A stretch of DNA of 63,355 nt, filler included, from Choristocarpus tenellus KU-1152 (Eukaryota; Protista; Phaeophyceae): the NCBI GenBank assembly GCA_964200185.2. It is 12 parts of 12 records of this genome, joined end to end, with 100 filler letters (N's around TTAATTAATTAA, not from the genome) between each part and the next. Parts side by side here need not be neighbours in the genome. Positions count along the whole stretch, not along the records: positions 1 to 6,796 come from CAXNAD020007327.1; positions 6,897 to 12,933 come from CAXNAD020009103.1; 10 more parts are not named here. The stretch is one strand, 5' to 3'. Under the pieces are notes generated by a model, which made no database searches, had not been told where the DNA came from, and worked only from the letters and a program-made list of their open reading frames with translations. Both the position numbers and the translations under genes were made by a program. Every line of letters starts with the position of its first letter. The stretch's first letter is position 1. This document shows positions 1 through 11,770 of the stretch, piece after piece.

Positions 1-4
1 GGTG

Positions 5-39
<35 letters not shown>

Positions 40-1548
40 TAGAAGCGGATAGGAGTGTGACAAAGATTAGCTTGCGAGAGATGAGCTAACCAATTGACAG
101 CAATTGACCTTTAGTGCGTAGAAACCCACGAACATCAGTTTGAGGGGGTCAGGGAGCACGAGAAGTAAGTTCTTTGGACTCAGCCCAAAAAGGTCACTCT
201 CAAAAAATAAAATTCTAAACCATAGTACTCTCTCAATACATGGTTCATGGGACAGAACTTCAGCTGTAAGAAGAAGAGTCATCAGATATCTGCACAACAG
301 AAACGAGACCCACCCTCCAATTGGGCACCAATTCTTGAAGGAAAATACTATACATCCAAAAAAATGCCCCACCTGTAGCTGCTACCTACATTGAACCATG
401 CACTGACATCTTCTGATTCTGCAATACCTGTAACATACCCCACCCTTCCAGAATCCTACATCCCTTGATTGCAACACAATAGTTTACCATCAGCAATAAC
501 AGGATTATTCAGTCTAGAGCCTAAACATCAATTGATCCTATTGCTGACCCTCGTCCTAAATCTAAACCCGTTTGAAAGAAATCCCACTAACCACATGCTG
601 TACCTCCAACCCACACATCCCTAACTGGGGATTATTATCACCACTAAAAATGAATACCACACATGACCATGAAAAAGTAACCCTTATCCCAATCCCTGAT
701 ATTTCATACTGTATCTTATGGGAGACTTCAAGTACCAGCACAGTGGAAGATCACAAGTGATCCCTGAAATCTTTAGATTGACAAATAATGCATCAAGGGC
801 AACAGATACACCATTGTGCCACATGTATCTACTCCCAAGCGCAGAAGTCATCTCAAAACTAAATTTAAAAACACAAAGACAAAGTCAAACATTCAGTATA
901 CAACTTCACAGAGCAGATGATTTCCCCCCCTTCAGGCATTATATCAAGACCACACCAAGACCATAGAGATTCACCTCAGTAGAGTGCGTCAGGAAACAGT
1001 TCCGCTTGACACCATGTCATCACAATTGAGGGTGCAATTGCACAAATATTGAAAATCTTTTCCGACTGTTCCTAATGTAGATAACAGCACAACTTGAGGT
1101 AAATATCTAGCGTGCCATAATTCCCTCTGGTATCCCTTCGCAACCCCAATCACATATTTTCTCATCTTTGAGGAATGCATTGTACAGGTAAATCTCAGCT
1201 ACATCCAGATCCACATCACTTCACATAATGTTTCTCCCTACACATCCTTGCCAATCCATTCATAAGTCAGATCATTCCAATCAGATATCTGAGAAGGGAT
1301 GCTAGGAGTTGACCAAGGAAGAGTGAAGGATCGGAAAGATTTCTACCCAGAGAGGAAGAGCATTCAAGGTAGACACTGAGTCAATTTACTCTGCAGCTAC
1401 AATCATATCCTAATCATTTGGCATCAGGAAATCAATGCATAGACTCTCACTCAATGGCAACGATGAGAATGGTGAGGATGTGATAGATACATAGTATGGT
1501 GTAGCAAACTCTCTCTGGAGCAAGGAGTTCCGACGTCAATCTCCTAAC

Positions 1549-1727
1549 CTTCCTAAGGCCGCCTCCATCCAGAGTCGTTCAATCGTCTCCGGGGGAAGTC
1601 TTGTTCGACCCAGGAAAGCCGCCCCCTCATCAGTCCCTCCCACGAGCCCGTCGTTGTCTGTATCAGCGAGATCGAATAGATATCCATAGAGCGTTGTCTC
1701 GCGGGCAGTGAAGTGCAAGTTTCGACC
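1549..1727 (-). CDS. Exon encoding an EH (Eps15 homology, EF-hand) domain; partial gene
   Basis: Translation YGYLFDLADTDNDGLVGGTDEGAAFLGRTRLPPETIERLW matches the EH pattern Y..F...D.D.DG...G.E...F.....LP...L..IW. Acceptor AACAG| and donor AG|GTTAGG. Confidence 0.75.
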
Positions 1728-2439
1728 CTGTTTGCACGTATGTTGCGCATCAGAGAGATAAATAGGCGAACGCGGAGTGAGAAGACGAGGTCGTTGTGCA
1801 AGCAAGCGAGCGAACAAAGTCAAAAATAGTGCGTACTTTCAATCTTTTCACTGAAGAAGGTACGAGAAAACTCCCCTTTTCGACGCAAATTCGTAATTCT
1901 AACAAGGGAATAAAGATCAAAATTGGTCACTACTGAGCACGAAAAGGAAAAAGGAAAGCCCCATACACCAATTCGCATAAATCGCTTTAGTCGCTGGATG
2001 CGCCCGACACTCTAGTCAAAGAACAGCTACACTTGCACCTTCAACTCACTGCTACAAATGCCCTCATTCTCACGGAATTTGCAGAAGCACAAAATGAGCG
2101 ACCCATTCTCTACTTTGTTTAGAACACTGGTAATTCCCATATAAAGGTTAGGGGGTACTCTGGGGGCCTTGTCCAACCTGTGCGCACTTCTTACTATTGG
2201 GACTTTCTCATCAGCAAAAATCTCATTGAAGAAGTTGAAATTTCGGGGAGGTCTGGGCAAGAAAATCAGTCCTCCTCACCTCTCCTACATCCAAGGAGAC
2301 TCCATTTCCAGTGTGGTGTGGAAAGAAGGGACTTCGATCTCTCCAGTCCATGACCTAGCCTAAACGTCTCCTCAGTTCAACTCGTCAACCAGTGCACAAC
2401 AACGACAATTTTGGAAAATTACCCATCCAGGGGTCCGCC

Positions 2440-3116
2440 TTAGAGGCAGCGACAGTGATAGCAATAGTTCCAAAGAAGTGACGGCGAATCTTGAAAGCTA
2501 TTATCATTCGCGGTGCCTAGGATGTGAATAAAGTCGTTTCTATAGCAATCCTTATATGGTGAAGTGTCAAGAAGGAGGACACTTGGCCAATTTGATTTTG
2601 ACCTTTTTTGTTTTATTGACCTTTCGAATATCATACCTTTTTTTTTGGAGAGGGTTGTAAATAAAATGTGTGTTGAGGGTATTATTCACAACAGTAACTG
2701 TGTCACCTCTATCCTAATGCTCAACATCCTTCTCCTTGATGAGTCTCCTTACGAATTGTATTTTTTCTCTCATAGTAGGGGGTGTTTAAGAGATTGGAAG
2801 AAAGTCTTACACTTGTAAGGTGGGGGTCTTATGTTGTAGTAGAGCGTACAATGTGTATGGCGATATATCGTCTCCCAGGAAAAGTTACCTAAAGTACGTG
2901 GTATATTTACAACAATCTTTGTGTCGTAGTTTTGGTTTTTCCTCATATATCTCCAAAATCTATATACTAACGAGTAACCTTCACAACAACGGGGACAAAA
3001 TCGCCAAACAAGTAGGCCCATTAATAATTGTACTATAGTAGGAGAGGGTATAATGTTAAGAATCAATATGCAAGTTATCCTTGACTTTCCATGCCCTAAA
3101 AGATGTCTGCAACAAA
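2440..3116 (-). pseudogene. Possible very degenerate Penelope-like reverse transcriptase relic
   Basis: Frameshifted pieces resemble PLE RT motifs in the expected order: INGPTCLAILSPLL (cf. G.PMG...SPLLA), RRYIAI/YFR..DDI (cf. RYIDD), SPYKDCYRNDF (cf. YDKRDDF). Weak evidence. Confidence 0.3.
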
Positions 3117-3232
3117 TAACAGCCGATTTCAATTTATATTTATAAAACATATCGACACTTTATCCCAGTCAATTTTGGGTCAAGCCCATCCCCAATGAAA
3201 GCTCCATCCTCAATTTTTGAAATCGGCTGTTA
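3117..3232. mobile_element. Small MITE-like element, 116 bp
   Basis: Perfect 16-bp inverted repeat TAACAGCCGATTTCAA (3117-3132) / TTGAAATCGGCTGTTA (3217-3232) around a non-coding interior. Confidence 0.65.
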
Positions 3233-3317
3233 AATAGAACTATCAACATAGTCAATCCTCCTTCACCGACTCATGTTAAACATTTGCTTACTTGTCACCT
3301 ACGCATGGTTATTATGC

Positions 3318-3413
3318 TGATTATTATCAGCTCGTAGTAGAGTGGATAGTCTCTCCTACTACCCACCAATAATGAAGAAGTGAACACTATCCACCCCACT
3401 ATGAGTATAATCA
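3318..3413. repeat. Foldback of about 96 nt
   Basis: Arm CTCGTAGTAGAGTGGATAGT (3331-3350) pairs with ACTATCCACCCCACTATGAG (3386-3405) at 17 of 20 positions (Watson-Crick). Outer stem TGATTAT/ATAATCA. Confidence 0.7.
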
Positions 3414-4265
3414 TAGTTATTCTTCTTTATGGTGGTGGTGGCGGTGTGTGTATGTACCTAAGTCCTAAAGTCAAGCCACACAAACAGTTGAAAGGGTAAT
3501 CCTTACCCCTTCATCATTTGTCACTTGACCAACTTCGGTCCCTCCCTCTACAACACACGTTCTTAGTTCTTTCTACTGTCATATAATTACTGCGAACGTA
3601 TCATGCGTTCGCAATATACACGCATTAAAATCTACATAGTATGTTGCAGAAGAATCGATTCAACATCCATATTCCCACATACTGAGAACATTCACCATAC
3701 ACATATTAAACTCCATCTTGAAACTTGAAACTCTCTCTTGAAGATAACAAATTGGTCCACCAAAGGTAAAAATCTACTATAAAATTGTATTGAGAAAGAT
3801 CTTTCATTCTGTTGATAACTTCCATGATATTTTGTATACTACATAGTTATCCCTCCTATTATTTCTTCATATTTTTCTTTTTTCTAAGGGTTCCCAGATT
3901 CGAAAGTTGAAAGATGGTTAGTGGAGAGCAGTACAAAGTAATGATCATGACTGTTGTTGTTATTGAGAGTTGTGTTACATACTTGTAAGAGGAAGAAGAC
4001 AAGGACCAAAACTAAATTAGGAAACTATATTTTAGAACTATAAATGATAACTACTTCGCCCGATCGAATCGTCAAATCACAACTTGAAGCTATAGTGCTA
4101 CCAGTAGCCTCGCCCTCTGGGGTTGTCCCGTCATAACGTTTGATGTATCCATCGGATAATTTTTTTTTAGCATATTTGTGATGCCCATCACAATGCCCTC
4201 AAGAGGACGAAATTCGTTGGGGGCGGGTTGTCATTTTTTTCTTTTTTTCAAGAAAGAACGCTCAT

Positions 4266-4319
4266 ATTGGGGTTCGAACCCTAGATTGTAGGTAACGAAG
4301 AGTGGCAACAGATACACTA
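4266..4319 (-). other. Degenerate tRNA-like / SINE-head sequence
   Basis: Minus strand reads TAGTGTA...ACTCTTCGTT...GGGTTCGAACCCC: a B-box / T-arm-like hairpin plus a weak A-box. No full cloverleaf. Confidence 0.3.
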
Positions 4320-4505
4320 TTACTTGATTAAAGTAAAGGGTTTAGAGAAGAAAAAAACCTCTCTACCCTTTCTTCCTGTGTGTCGCGCACCCACTCTCTG
4401 ACCTCAACAAGGATGTCCTCGTCGAGGCCCAGAATAAAATGCCTCTCGTTACGCCCTTGCTCCGACACCTTGATGTGACCCTTAGTTAGGAAGTCTTTCT
4501 CTCAT

Positions 4506-5335
4506 TTACTCACAGTTTCCGACCTGACCATCGCCTATCCTGCTGCCATCTCGAGCGCTGTTTGACAGTCTTTCCCATCGTTCATACACAGGTACAGGAT
4601 TCGCAGTGTTGAGGCCTTTACTATCACATTTCCTCATTGAGCGCTGGAAATGGGTTACCTTCTTTCTGGATTCAAAGTCCTTGTAGCCCAACCCTAACAC
4701 CTTCTTACTCGTTTCCTAAGCCGCTCTGACTCAGATTCATTCCAAACAGCTAGGGCCTGCTGCAACTGTCCACTACTAAGATATTCTACACCCGGGTTTT
4801 CCCTTAGGCGTTTCCTGAGCGCAATCGCACGTAGTCGCACTGCCCTACTCCCCAATCTTCCCTTCGGCAGGTCACTCTGGTTCTCCCTTCGCCTACCGTG
4901 ACCAGGCTTCTCCACAGACCTCATCACTGTACCACACCTGGTGATGGACTCGCAGTTTTCTACCTGCTTTCTCAAGGCGGCAGAGACTGCAGAACAGTGC
5001 TCCGACGTGGTTGAAGATCGAACCACGTTTGTGTGGTAATGTTTTCAATGCATCTTCTCTCAGCGTCAGTGTCGCGACCGCGTGGTCCATTTCGCGATTC
5101 GATCATGCTGCTGCGCCTCACTACTCGCACTTTCTCGTCACCTAATATCACACTGAGTTTCAAACAGTACTTGTTTTTCCGACCTCTCTCGACAGAGAAG
5201 GTGCTGACGGTAGATCCAGAGGGCAAATTAGAGAAAATTCTAACCCAGCTTGTCAGCTCAGAAATAGTTGCACCCAGATGGTATGTGGATCCCTCAGCAA
5301 TAGGGAAGTGTCTACATGCTGTCCAATGTGGCCAT
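4506..5335 (-). pseudogene. Cluster of overlapping frameshifted ORFs, probable TE relic
   Basis: Four overlapping minus-strand ORFs in different frames without clear splice sites. Includes CSLC...LRVHH. Confidence 0.3.
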
Positions 5336-6299
5336 TAAGGAGGTGAAAACATGGCGAAGGATAGTACCATTCCCAAAGGAAAAATCAAGCTTAAAAAAAT
5401 AAAAATATATTATTCGCATGGTGTATTCATAGATGTATTACCTCAAATACTTAAAGTACCTTCAATCATGCTATATTTTAATTTTTTGTACACACGAAAC
5501 GCACTTATATACATAAAAAACAAACAGGTATGGTACAACTTACAAATCACTGAGGTGAGAGCAAATACAACGGAACAAAATAAGAAAAAATGATGGAAAA
5601 AAAAATGAAGGCAGTACCTGAAAATTTTTGAGTGTGAAAGCTCTTACCACTCGGAGTTCGTGAGCGAGGCCTCCCTCGAAAGAGTTCAAGAGTGGAAAAA
5701 ACGAAACTAAATCTGATTGACAATGGGCCTGGTCCTGAAGGGGTTCTAGCATGCAACGAGAATATCCCTGGTGTAGCCGAGGAGCTCATCCTAGAGAGGG
5801 CAGGAACGCAGTCAAGGAGCTCACCCTAGAGAGACTTCGAGGCATCAACATTAACAGCAGGTTGCTGTTTGCCTTGAAGACACATGGCAGTGAATGAGCG
5901 AGAGTATCTTAGGGTTAGGGTACGAGTTTTGCCCTGTTTGTCCATTTGGGGCTTGGCTTCCCATGGTGTTTTTTCATACATTTTACTACTCCAAAATGTT
6001 TCAGAGTAGGTTAAATGCATATGTTATGAAAAGGAGTGTCCAGAACATGGATATTGACACTTCCCAACATACACCATGGCCAAAATTATATCAAAATCTC
6101 AACATTGGATTGTGGCCCCCAAATGGACGCGATTCTACCCTCTAAGATACTTTGACTCAATGGCATTAAATTTTTTTTACCAAGATTGTACAAGGTTGAG
6201 AGTACATTGCCATCGCATGAGACCCGAGTTCCAAAACAGCCCCGTTTACCCTGGAAGATTGTCTGAATGTCACATCCTGTTCACAGCACACTTTCCCCC

Positions 6300-6710
6300 T
6301 GTAACCTCCCTTGATGAGGACCTTCCTTATCCATGGGACCCGCCTGAATCTTGGCACATTGTTCTCTTCACTAAGAAGCACTCAACATGGCCTCCTTTGC
6401 ATATTTTACCTCGAAGGGCCCTCATCATAGGTGACTACGTTACTTTCGCAGTCATCTTCCATGTCTGCCTTGAGTCTTCTAGTGCCAACGCCTCCTGGCA
6501 AGGTTCCAGATCCAGCACCGGAACTTGTCTTCCCCTCCCAGCCACTGGACATACCCTGCTTGAGGGTGGTGTAAGTGACAATACCTCCCATTGCAATGGC
6601 CATGCCCATAAGACGCCTGAGATTGGCACTCTCTCCAAAGGCGCAAATGCCTGCTGCGAGGATCACTAACAGCTTGAAATGACCAAGTACCTGCAGGGTA
6701 GGGGGGCAGT
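6300..6710 (+). pseudogene. Degenerate non-LTR retrotransposon C-terminal region (CRE-like)
   Basis: Fragments LRYFRSHLPCLP, IPPIAMAMPIRRLRL and STCRVGG parallel RFDYFRTQLASLP, MPPLQIKLSDSRSLG and RTCPRAGG in the better-preserved relic at 41097-41782. Confidence 0.45.
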
Positions 6711-6796
6711 GGCATGTATGTGTCAGGGTGTGTGTGTGTGTGGGGGGGTGTTTGATTAGACTCTTCCAACTCTATCGGACAGTTACAATAAATATG

Positions 6797-6896
6797 NNNN
6801 NNNNNNNNNNNNNNNNNNNNNNNNNNNNNNNNNNNNNNNNTTAATTAATTAANNNNNNNNNNNNNNNNNNNNNNNNNNNNNNNNNNNNNNNNNNNN
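6797..6896. other. Artificial contig linker (first of 11)
   Basis: N44-TTAATTAATTAA-N44, with stops in all six frames. Identical linkers at 12934-13033, 19962-20061, 24879-24978, 28789-28888, 33274-33373, 37790-37889, 40997-41096, 44176-44275, 48778-48877 and 60573-60672. Confidence 0.98.
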
Positions 6897-7043
6897 ATGT
6901 GGGTAGCCAGCTCGTCCAGGAAGCTTTCCGCTTGCTTGCCGAGGCGCCCAAAACTTTCCACCTATAATATTGCTACCCACTCTACGTATGTTTGTCGACT
7001 GTAGATATTGATACACTGCACAGGTCTTGTCATATAGTTTGGC

Positions 7044-7116
7044 TTTTTCCCTGCCACATGGGTAGGGTATTTATATTATTATGCCCTCTGACATTTTGCA
7101 GATGTGTCAGGGGAAA
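7044..7116. repeat. Mini inverted-repeat element; its 36-bp core is also found at 25009-25044
   Basis: 7076-7111 TTATTATGCCCTCTGACATTTTGCAGATGTGTCAGG is the exact reverse complement of 25009-25044. TTTCCCTGCCACAT / ATGTGTCAGGGGAAA form an imperfect IR. Confidence 0.75.
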
Positions 7117-8521
7117 GGGTAGGGTATAGGGTATTCTAATGTAGTGTAAACTTCTCAATCTCACACTGTACATATGATACCTGTTTTTCATTTTGTACGT
7201 GGCGATTTCTGAGTGGAAGGAAGTCACCGATCTACCCAGTAATACGGCCTAATATTATAGTTCGAACTTTTCCGACCATTGACTGACCAAGTTTAGGGAG
7301 CCAGTATGGAATTTAGAGCCAGAAATTGAAGAAATATATAAATATCCTCCATGTTACATCGTTCAGTTAGATTCTGTGAGTGCGTGGCAGATGATCAACC
7401 ATGTTGTACTTTCCATTTTCTACTATTTTTTGTCAAATTGTCATTTCTTATCCATTCTATTTCAAATTTAAGAAAATATACAATCTGTTTATCTCCAATA
7501 ATAATGGATGCCCAAATCGGAATAATCAGCATATGTCACGTGATCAACGGCCTCCTCAGAAGATTTGTGAGTATCAACACAGACATTTTTTATTCCTTGA
7601 CATCGATTTTCTTTGATCAGTTGATAAGTTGAGTGTTGTGCAATCACTTTGCTTGATCGAGTGCTGGTCGTTATGCCACATTTTGTCGGTTTTTCCGATC
7701 CATTTCTTTCTACCTCATCATATACGTACTACATACTACATCCTTGAACAGTCTTCAAGAGTGAGCGAGTTTACAATCCAGACTTGGTGACGTTGCCCCC
7801 CCCACAAAGAGCAATACGTGATAGGTTGATGTATTCGTGTCGTGAGTATAAGAAAGCGTTGGTGTGGGGTAAGGCTGCTACATTTGCCTAGACGTTTATC
7901 GCTGAGATTTGAGCTGCCTGCTTGGAATTTCTGGAACTGGTCTGTTAAAAGTTGATGGTTGGAGGACCAAGGGTGCTGGGATCATCGAACAGTCGGGTCT
8001 GGTGAAATTTTGTGGTCCAAAGTGAAAGAGACGGAGTGCCCAGACGTTGCTCTTCCATTGCGGAAGATAACCGCCATCAATCGATGAGCGGCCTAGGGCT
8101 GTTGGTGAGCAGGGTTTTTTGGTATACAAATCATTGTTTTTTGGCTATTTGCTGATGTACATGTTCTGATAGACGATTGCAGTGGATTGGGTTTGCGTTT
8201 GTCACCGATTTGCGATACCTTTGAACATGGCCATTTCTTTTTCTCTTTATTCTACTGCTGTGAGGACCAAACGATGGTTTCATTCGTGATTGCTTTCTGG
8301 TAACCCATATCTCTTTCTCTATTGTCTTGTTTTGATCTCCAATCCTCCTTGAGTCCACCTTTAGCTGGGTACAATAATGATAAAGTGTAAGTTTCTTTAC
8401 GCCCATTGATTTGTGTAATCTTTTGGCGCCGAGGGCAGCTGGGAGAAGTCCCACCGTAATTGAGTGAAAATATTTGTTGCTACCTTTCAAACATTGTAAT
8501 CGTGGGACAACGTTTGCACAG

Positions 8522-8770
8522 GTCACTGCTAGTGAACACGCGAGCAACGAGGGCACCAAGTTGGTCCCCCTAAAACGACCGCACGAGCAAGTGGAGGAAG
8601 CAGACGCACCCGGGGTGGAGGTGCGGGATCGGAAAGCTACTATGTCTAACGCGGTAGCCATGGCTGTTAGTGAAACGACAGACAAGAAAGAGGCAAGGGA
8701 TTCGGGAAGTGCCGCATCGGGGGATGAGGAAGCAGCTAAAGGGAATCTGGAATTGATACTAAAGCGAGAG
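8522..8770 (+). CDS. Isolated internal exon, hypothetical charged protein
   Basis: Acceptor TTTGCACAG| and donor GAG|GTATGT. 249 nt, phase 0-0, open (VTASEHASNE...NLELILKRE), and GC-rich relative to its flanks. Confidence 0.6.
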
Positions 8771-11234
8771 GTATGTCTGCTTTGTGAATGCATCCCTGCC
8801 AATTTATAAGAACGCATCTTTTTTTCGTTGGAGGTCCTGATAGGATCGTGGAGTGTTTGAAGTGGCATAGATGAAAGTTAGCCAGGTGTGCATTCCCACG
8901 AAAAGACCAGATGATAATAATTCCATTCATATTTAGAACAATCGCTAAGAGTATGGCACCCTTCTCATTCTGGCGTAGAGATCCTTGTTGAGGGATATTT
9001 TCCCCTCTATATGATGCACAGGAGAAGTGAACAAGGTGTTGGTGCCTATCTAGCAGTTCACAATAGTCCCTTGTCACTTATTGAATTGGCATTATAAGCT
9101 GGTTTGAACGGATTTGCTTCAGAATCCCCAAAATGCCAAAGGAGCCCAAATGGCCAAGTTGGCAGCCCCTGAACATTTGAATACTTCCTTCTCTTTATGG
9201 GAAAATTTTGGAAAATGTGTTCGGAATTAACCAAGTATCTGTCAATTCTCATGAATCCCCTGTTTCTTGATTATTCTCTAGTACTCCCATCTAAAAGTTA
9301 GCTGTTCCATGTTGTAACCAAGATTGGTGTGTTCTAGTACAAGCAAGAATATGGATAAATTGTAAATCCCAAGCACCTACAATATTGGCATATCAAAATG
9401 TCCTTCCGAACCCACTAGACTACCTCAAACTGATTTGGTTCTTCCAAACAAGGTCTCTCCAGAAAGGCAGTTGCCTACAAGGGTGGCTTGAAAGTTTTAT
9501 GGATTGCCTTGTCTCAACCAATTGTGTCACTTCAGGCTTCTTTTGTATAATTCTCAACTGTTACACTCCACTGCAACTGTTAGTGTGTTACTGCTGAAAC
9601 TATTTAATATCTGGAGGTTACTGAGCACTAGGCACAAGTAGTAACTGTAGTGCCTGCAACTCGTTTTGTATTTGCTGAGAAAGATTCAGTCTCCCATTAC
9701 GCGTATCTTTGCTATTCTGCTGTTCTGTTCGATACTTTGAAATCGTGCCATTGTTCAGTTTTTGTAAAGCTCTGCCTAGTATTTCAATAAATAGTAGTGG
9801 TGTTTGGGTGGGAGAGTGAAGGGTCTCGATGTGAATACAAGGGTTGTTTAAGCATTTCTGACTCGCTGCTTTTTTTTTTCAGGTTGCATTTATTCCATTT
9901 TGAGAAATACTAAATAGGAAATATACATATTTTGATCACCGCTAGTATTGTTCTCAACTTCTGAAGCATTTTTTATTGAAACAGAACGTACTGATTTTAA
10001 TTAATGTTGACTGTTGGAGGATTTTTTCGTTGCATTTAAATGTGAATAATATTGTTCCAGAATGAGTTGTGGTTGGGACTCTGGTGGTGGGCACCACACT
10101 CACCTTGTTGCAGATATGATATTAATTGTACTTATTTTTTTTGTGCTTGGTATTGTTCTTTATATTGTTCTTTATCCACTCGGTTGATGAGATGATAGAA
10201 GTTGACTCTATTATGAGGGGTTGAATGATGGTAGGGAGGTTGGAACTTTGAATACTTGAACCAAAGTGGAGTCATGGTGTTCTGGGGAGGGGCAATATTT
10301 CAGTGAATCGAGGTCATCGCATCTTGGATGTTATGGTTTATTGTTGCATGTGAGGTTGGGTCTTACATTTGTTTTATGCTTGTTTGTATTAGTCTGAGGG
10401 GTCCCAGTCCCATCTTGATAAAAGTTGCATTAAAGGTGATTTTTCAGAATCTTCTATTCCTTGATTTTTGGTGGTAAAACTGGGGCTTATTGTTTTATTC
10501 TCAACACATTAGTCTGAGGGATCTCAAACCCATGGTCGAAAGGTGAATTGGCAGAGATTTTTTTTTGTGAGTTCCGATGGAGTGATCAAGGATAAGTGAG
10601 AAATTGGAAGGCCAAAATATTTTTATTGTTCTGTTTATTGAAATGGTTGTCTGTCATTGGCTGAACTTACTTACGTCCTCCCTTTAGTTTTTATTTATTT
10701 ATTTCAGTTGTTTGATTGAGATAGCATTGGGTGCGATATGATTTAAAGCATTAATTCTGTCCTGGTACACCGATTACAACATTGGATAATACACAGTACA
10801 TTTTGGTTGTTATTTCTCAATACGGCCTGAGTGTAGCTCATATATATATTTTATTTGTCTGCCACTGGAAAGTTAAAAAAAAAGCCCTGTAGAGGCGATT
10901 CATGGTTTGAAACATTCAAATCCTTGATCTCTCTTCACTGGCTCTCAAATGTATCTCTTGATACAACCCAGCCTGACCCAAGTGTGCACAGCAGTTGTCT
11001 CTTGTTGGTATCTCTCTAGTGCTGTAGTGGATATATACACACAAATATATATATATGGACACATGTATGGAGGGAGATTTTCTGTGTACTGATTTAAAGC
11101 ATTGTTGCATTGTTTTCTTTCTTTCTTCACCTGGAACTAGCCTCCAGAACCGCGAAGTACTGGAGTGTTTTGATATGCACGTGTTATCCATTGTGGGAAA
11201 AAAAAAATCTTCTAAAAAAAAAGATCAGAAATTT

Positions 11235-11389
11235 CTCTCCGCTTAAAATAGGACCCTGCTTCCTTGTTATCACCATTTTTTTTTCTAGGAATTTTTTGCA
11301 CCTAGAAAAAAAAAGCTTCTATAATGTAAATAATGAGTCCCTCTCTGCTTAAAATAGGACCCCGCTTCCTTGTTAGCAACATTTTTTTT
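11235..11389. repeat. Direct repeat of about 45 bp, 106-bp offset
   Basis: CTCTCCGCTTAAAATAGGACCCTGCTTCCTTGTTA vs CTCTCTGCTTAAAATAGGACCCCGCTTCCTTGTTA, each followed by a CA.CATTTTT tail. Confidence 0.8.
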
Positions 11390-11714
11390 GGTGGTCAGAA
11401 ATACCTCGAGTGCTTCTGCCGTGACATCTCCGAAGGTGGTATCCACCACGTACCTGTTGGTTGGATCTTGATTGGCTCACAGTACTGTTTTGGTGTGTAG
11501 ATGCTATGGAGTCTGGGAAGAGGAGCGCACGCATGCTGGTGTTTATGTAGGTTTGGATCTTTAGCGGTTGATGGAGGCAAGATTCCGTGGATGGATTTTT
11601 TTGGTTTTGTGGTGGCACCTGGGAAGGCGGTATAGTATGTGGGGTGGGGTATGTTACGCTATTTCAGCGTCTTAGAAACAACAACATAGTATATCCCCAA
11701 TTCTAACCAAAATG

Positions 11715-11717
<3 letters not shown>

Positions 11718-11770
<53 letters not shown>
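11718..11770. repeat. (TTA)n microsatellite, about 17 units
   Basis: Directly visible. It produces the poly-Leu ORF. Confidence 0.95.

Noticed and set aside
1-38. Long poly-G (also G, C or T runs at other contig ends)
   Set aside because: Run lengths at contig ends are unreliable in short-read assemblies; not interpreted as G-quadruplex loci.
2205-2215. CTGATGA...GAAA hammerhead-like cores (also 13864 and 26342)
   Set aside because: No stem II or flanking helices could be formed.
5337-5353. AAGGAGGT Shine-Dalgarno-like motif before ATG 5351
   Set aside because: Eukaryotic context, and the ORF is AT-rich with no recognisable product.
6841-6852. Recurrent TTAATTAATTAA motif
   Set aside because: Always centred in N-runs; an artificial six-frame stop linker.
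8131-8868. 245-aa minus-strand ORF
   Set aside because: Largely the antisense shadow of the plus-strand exon 8522-8770.
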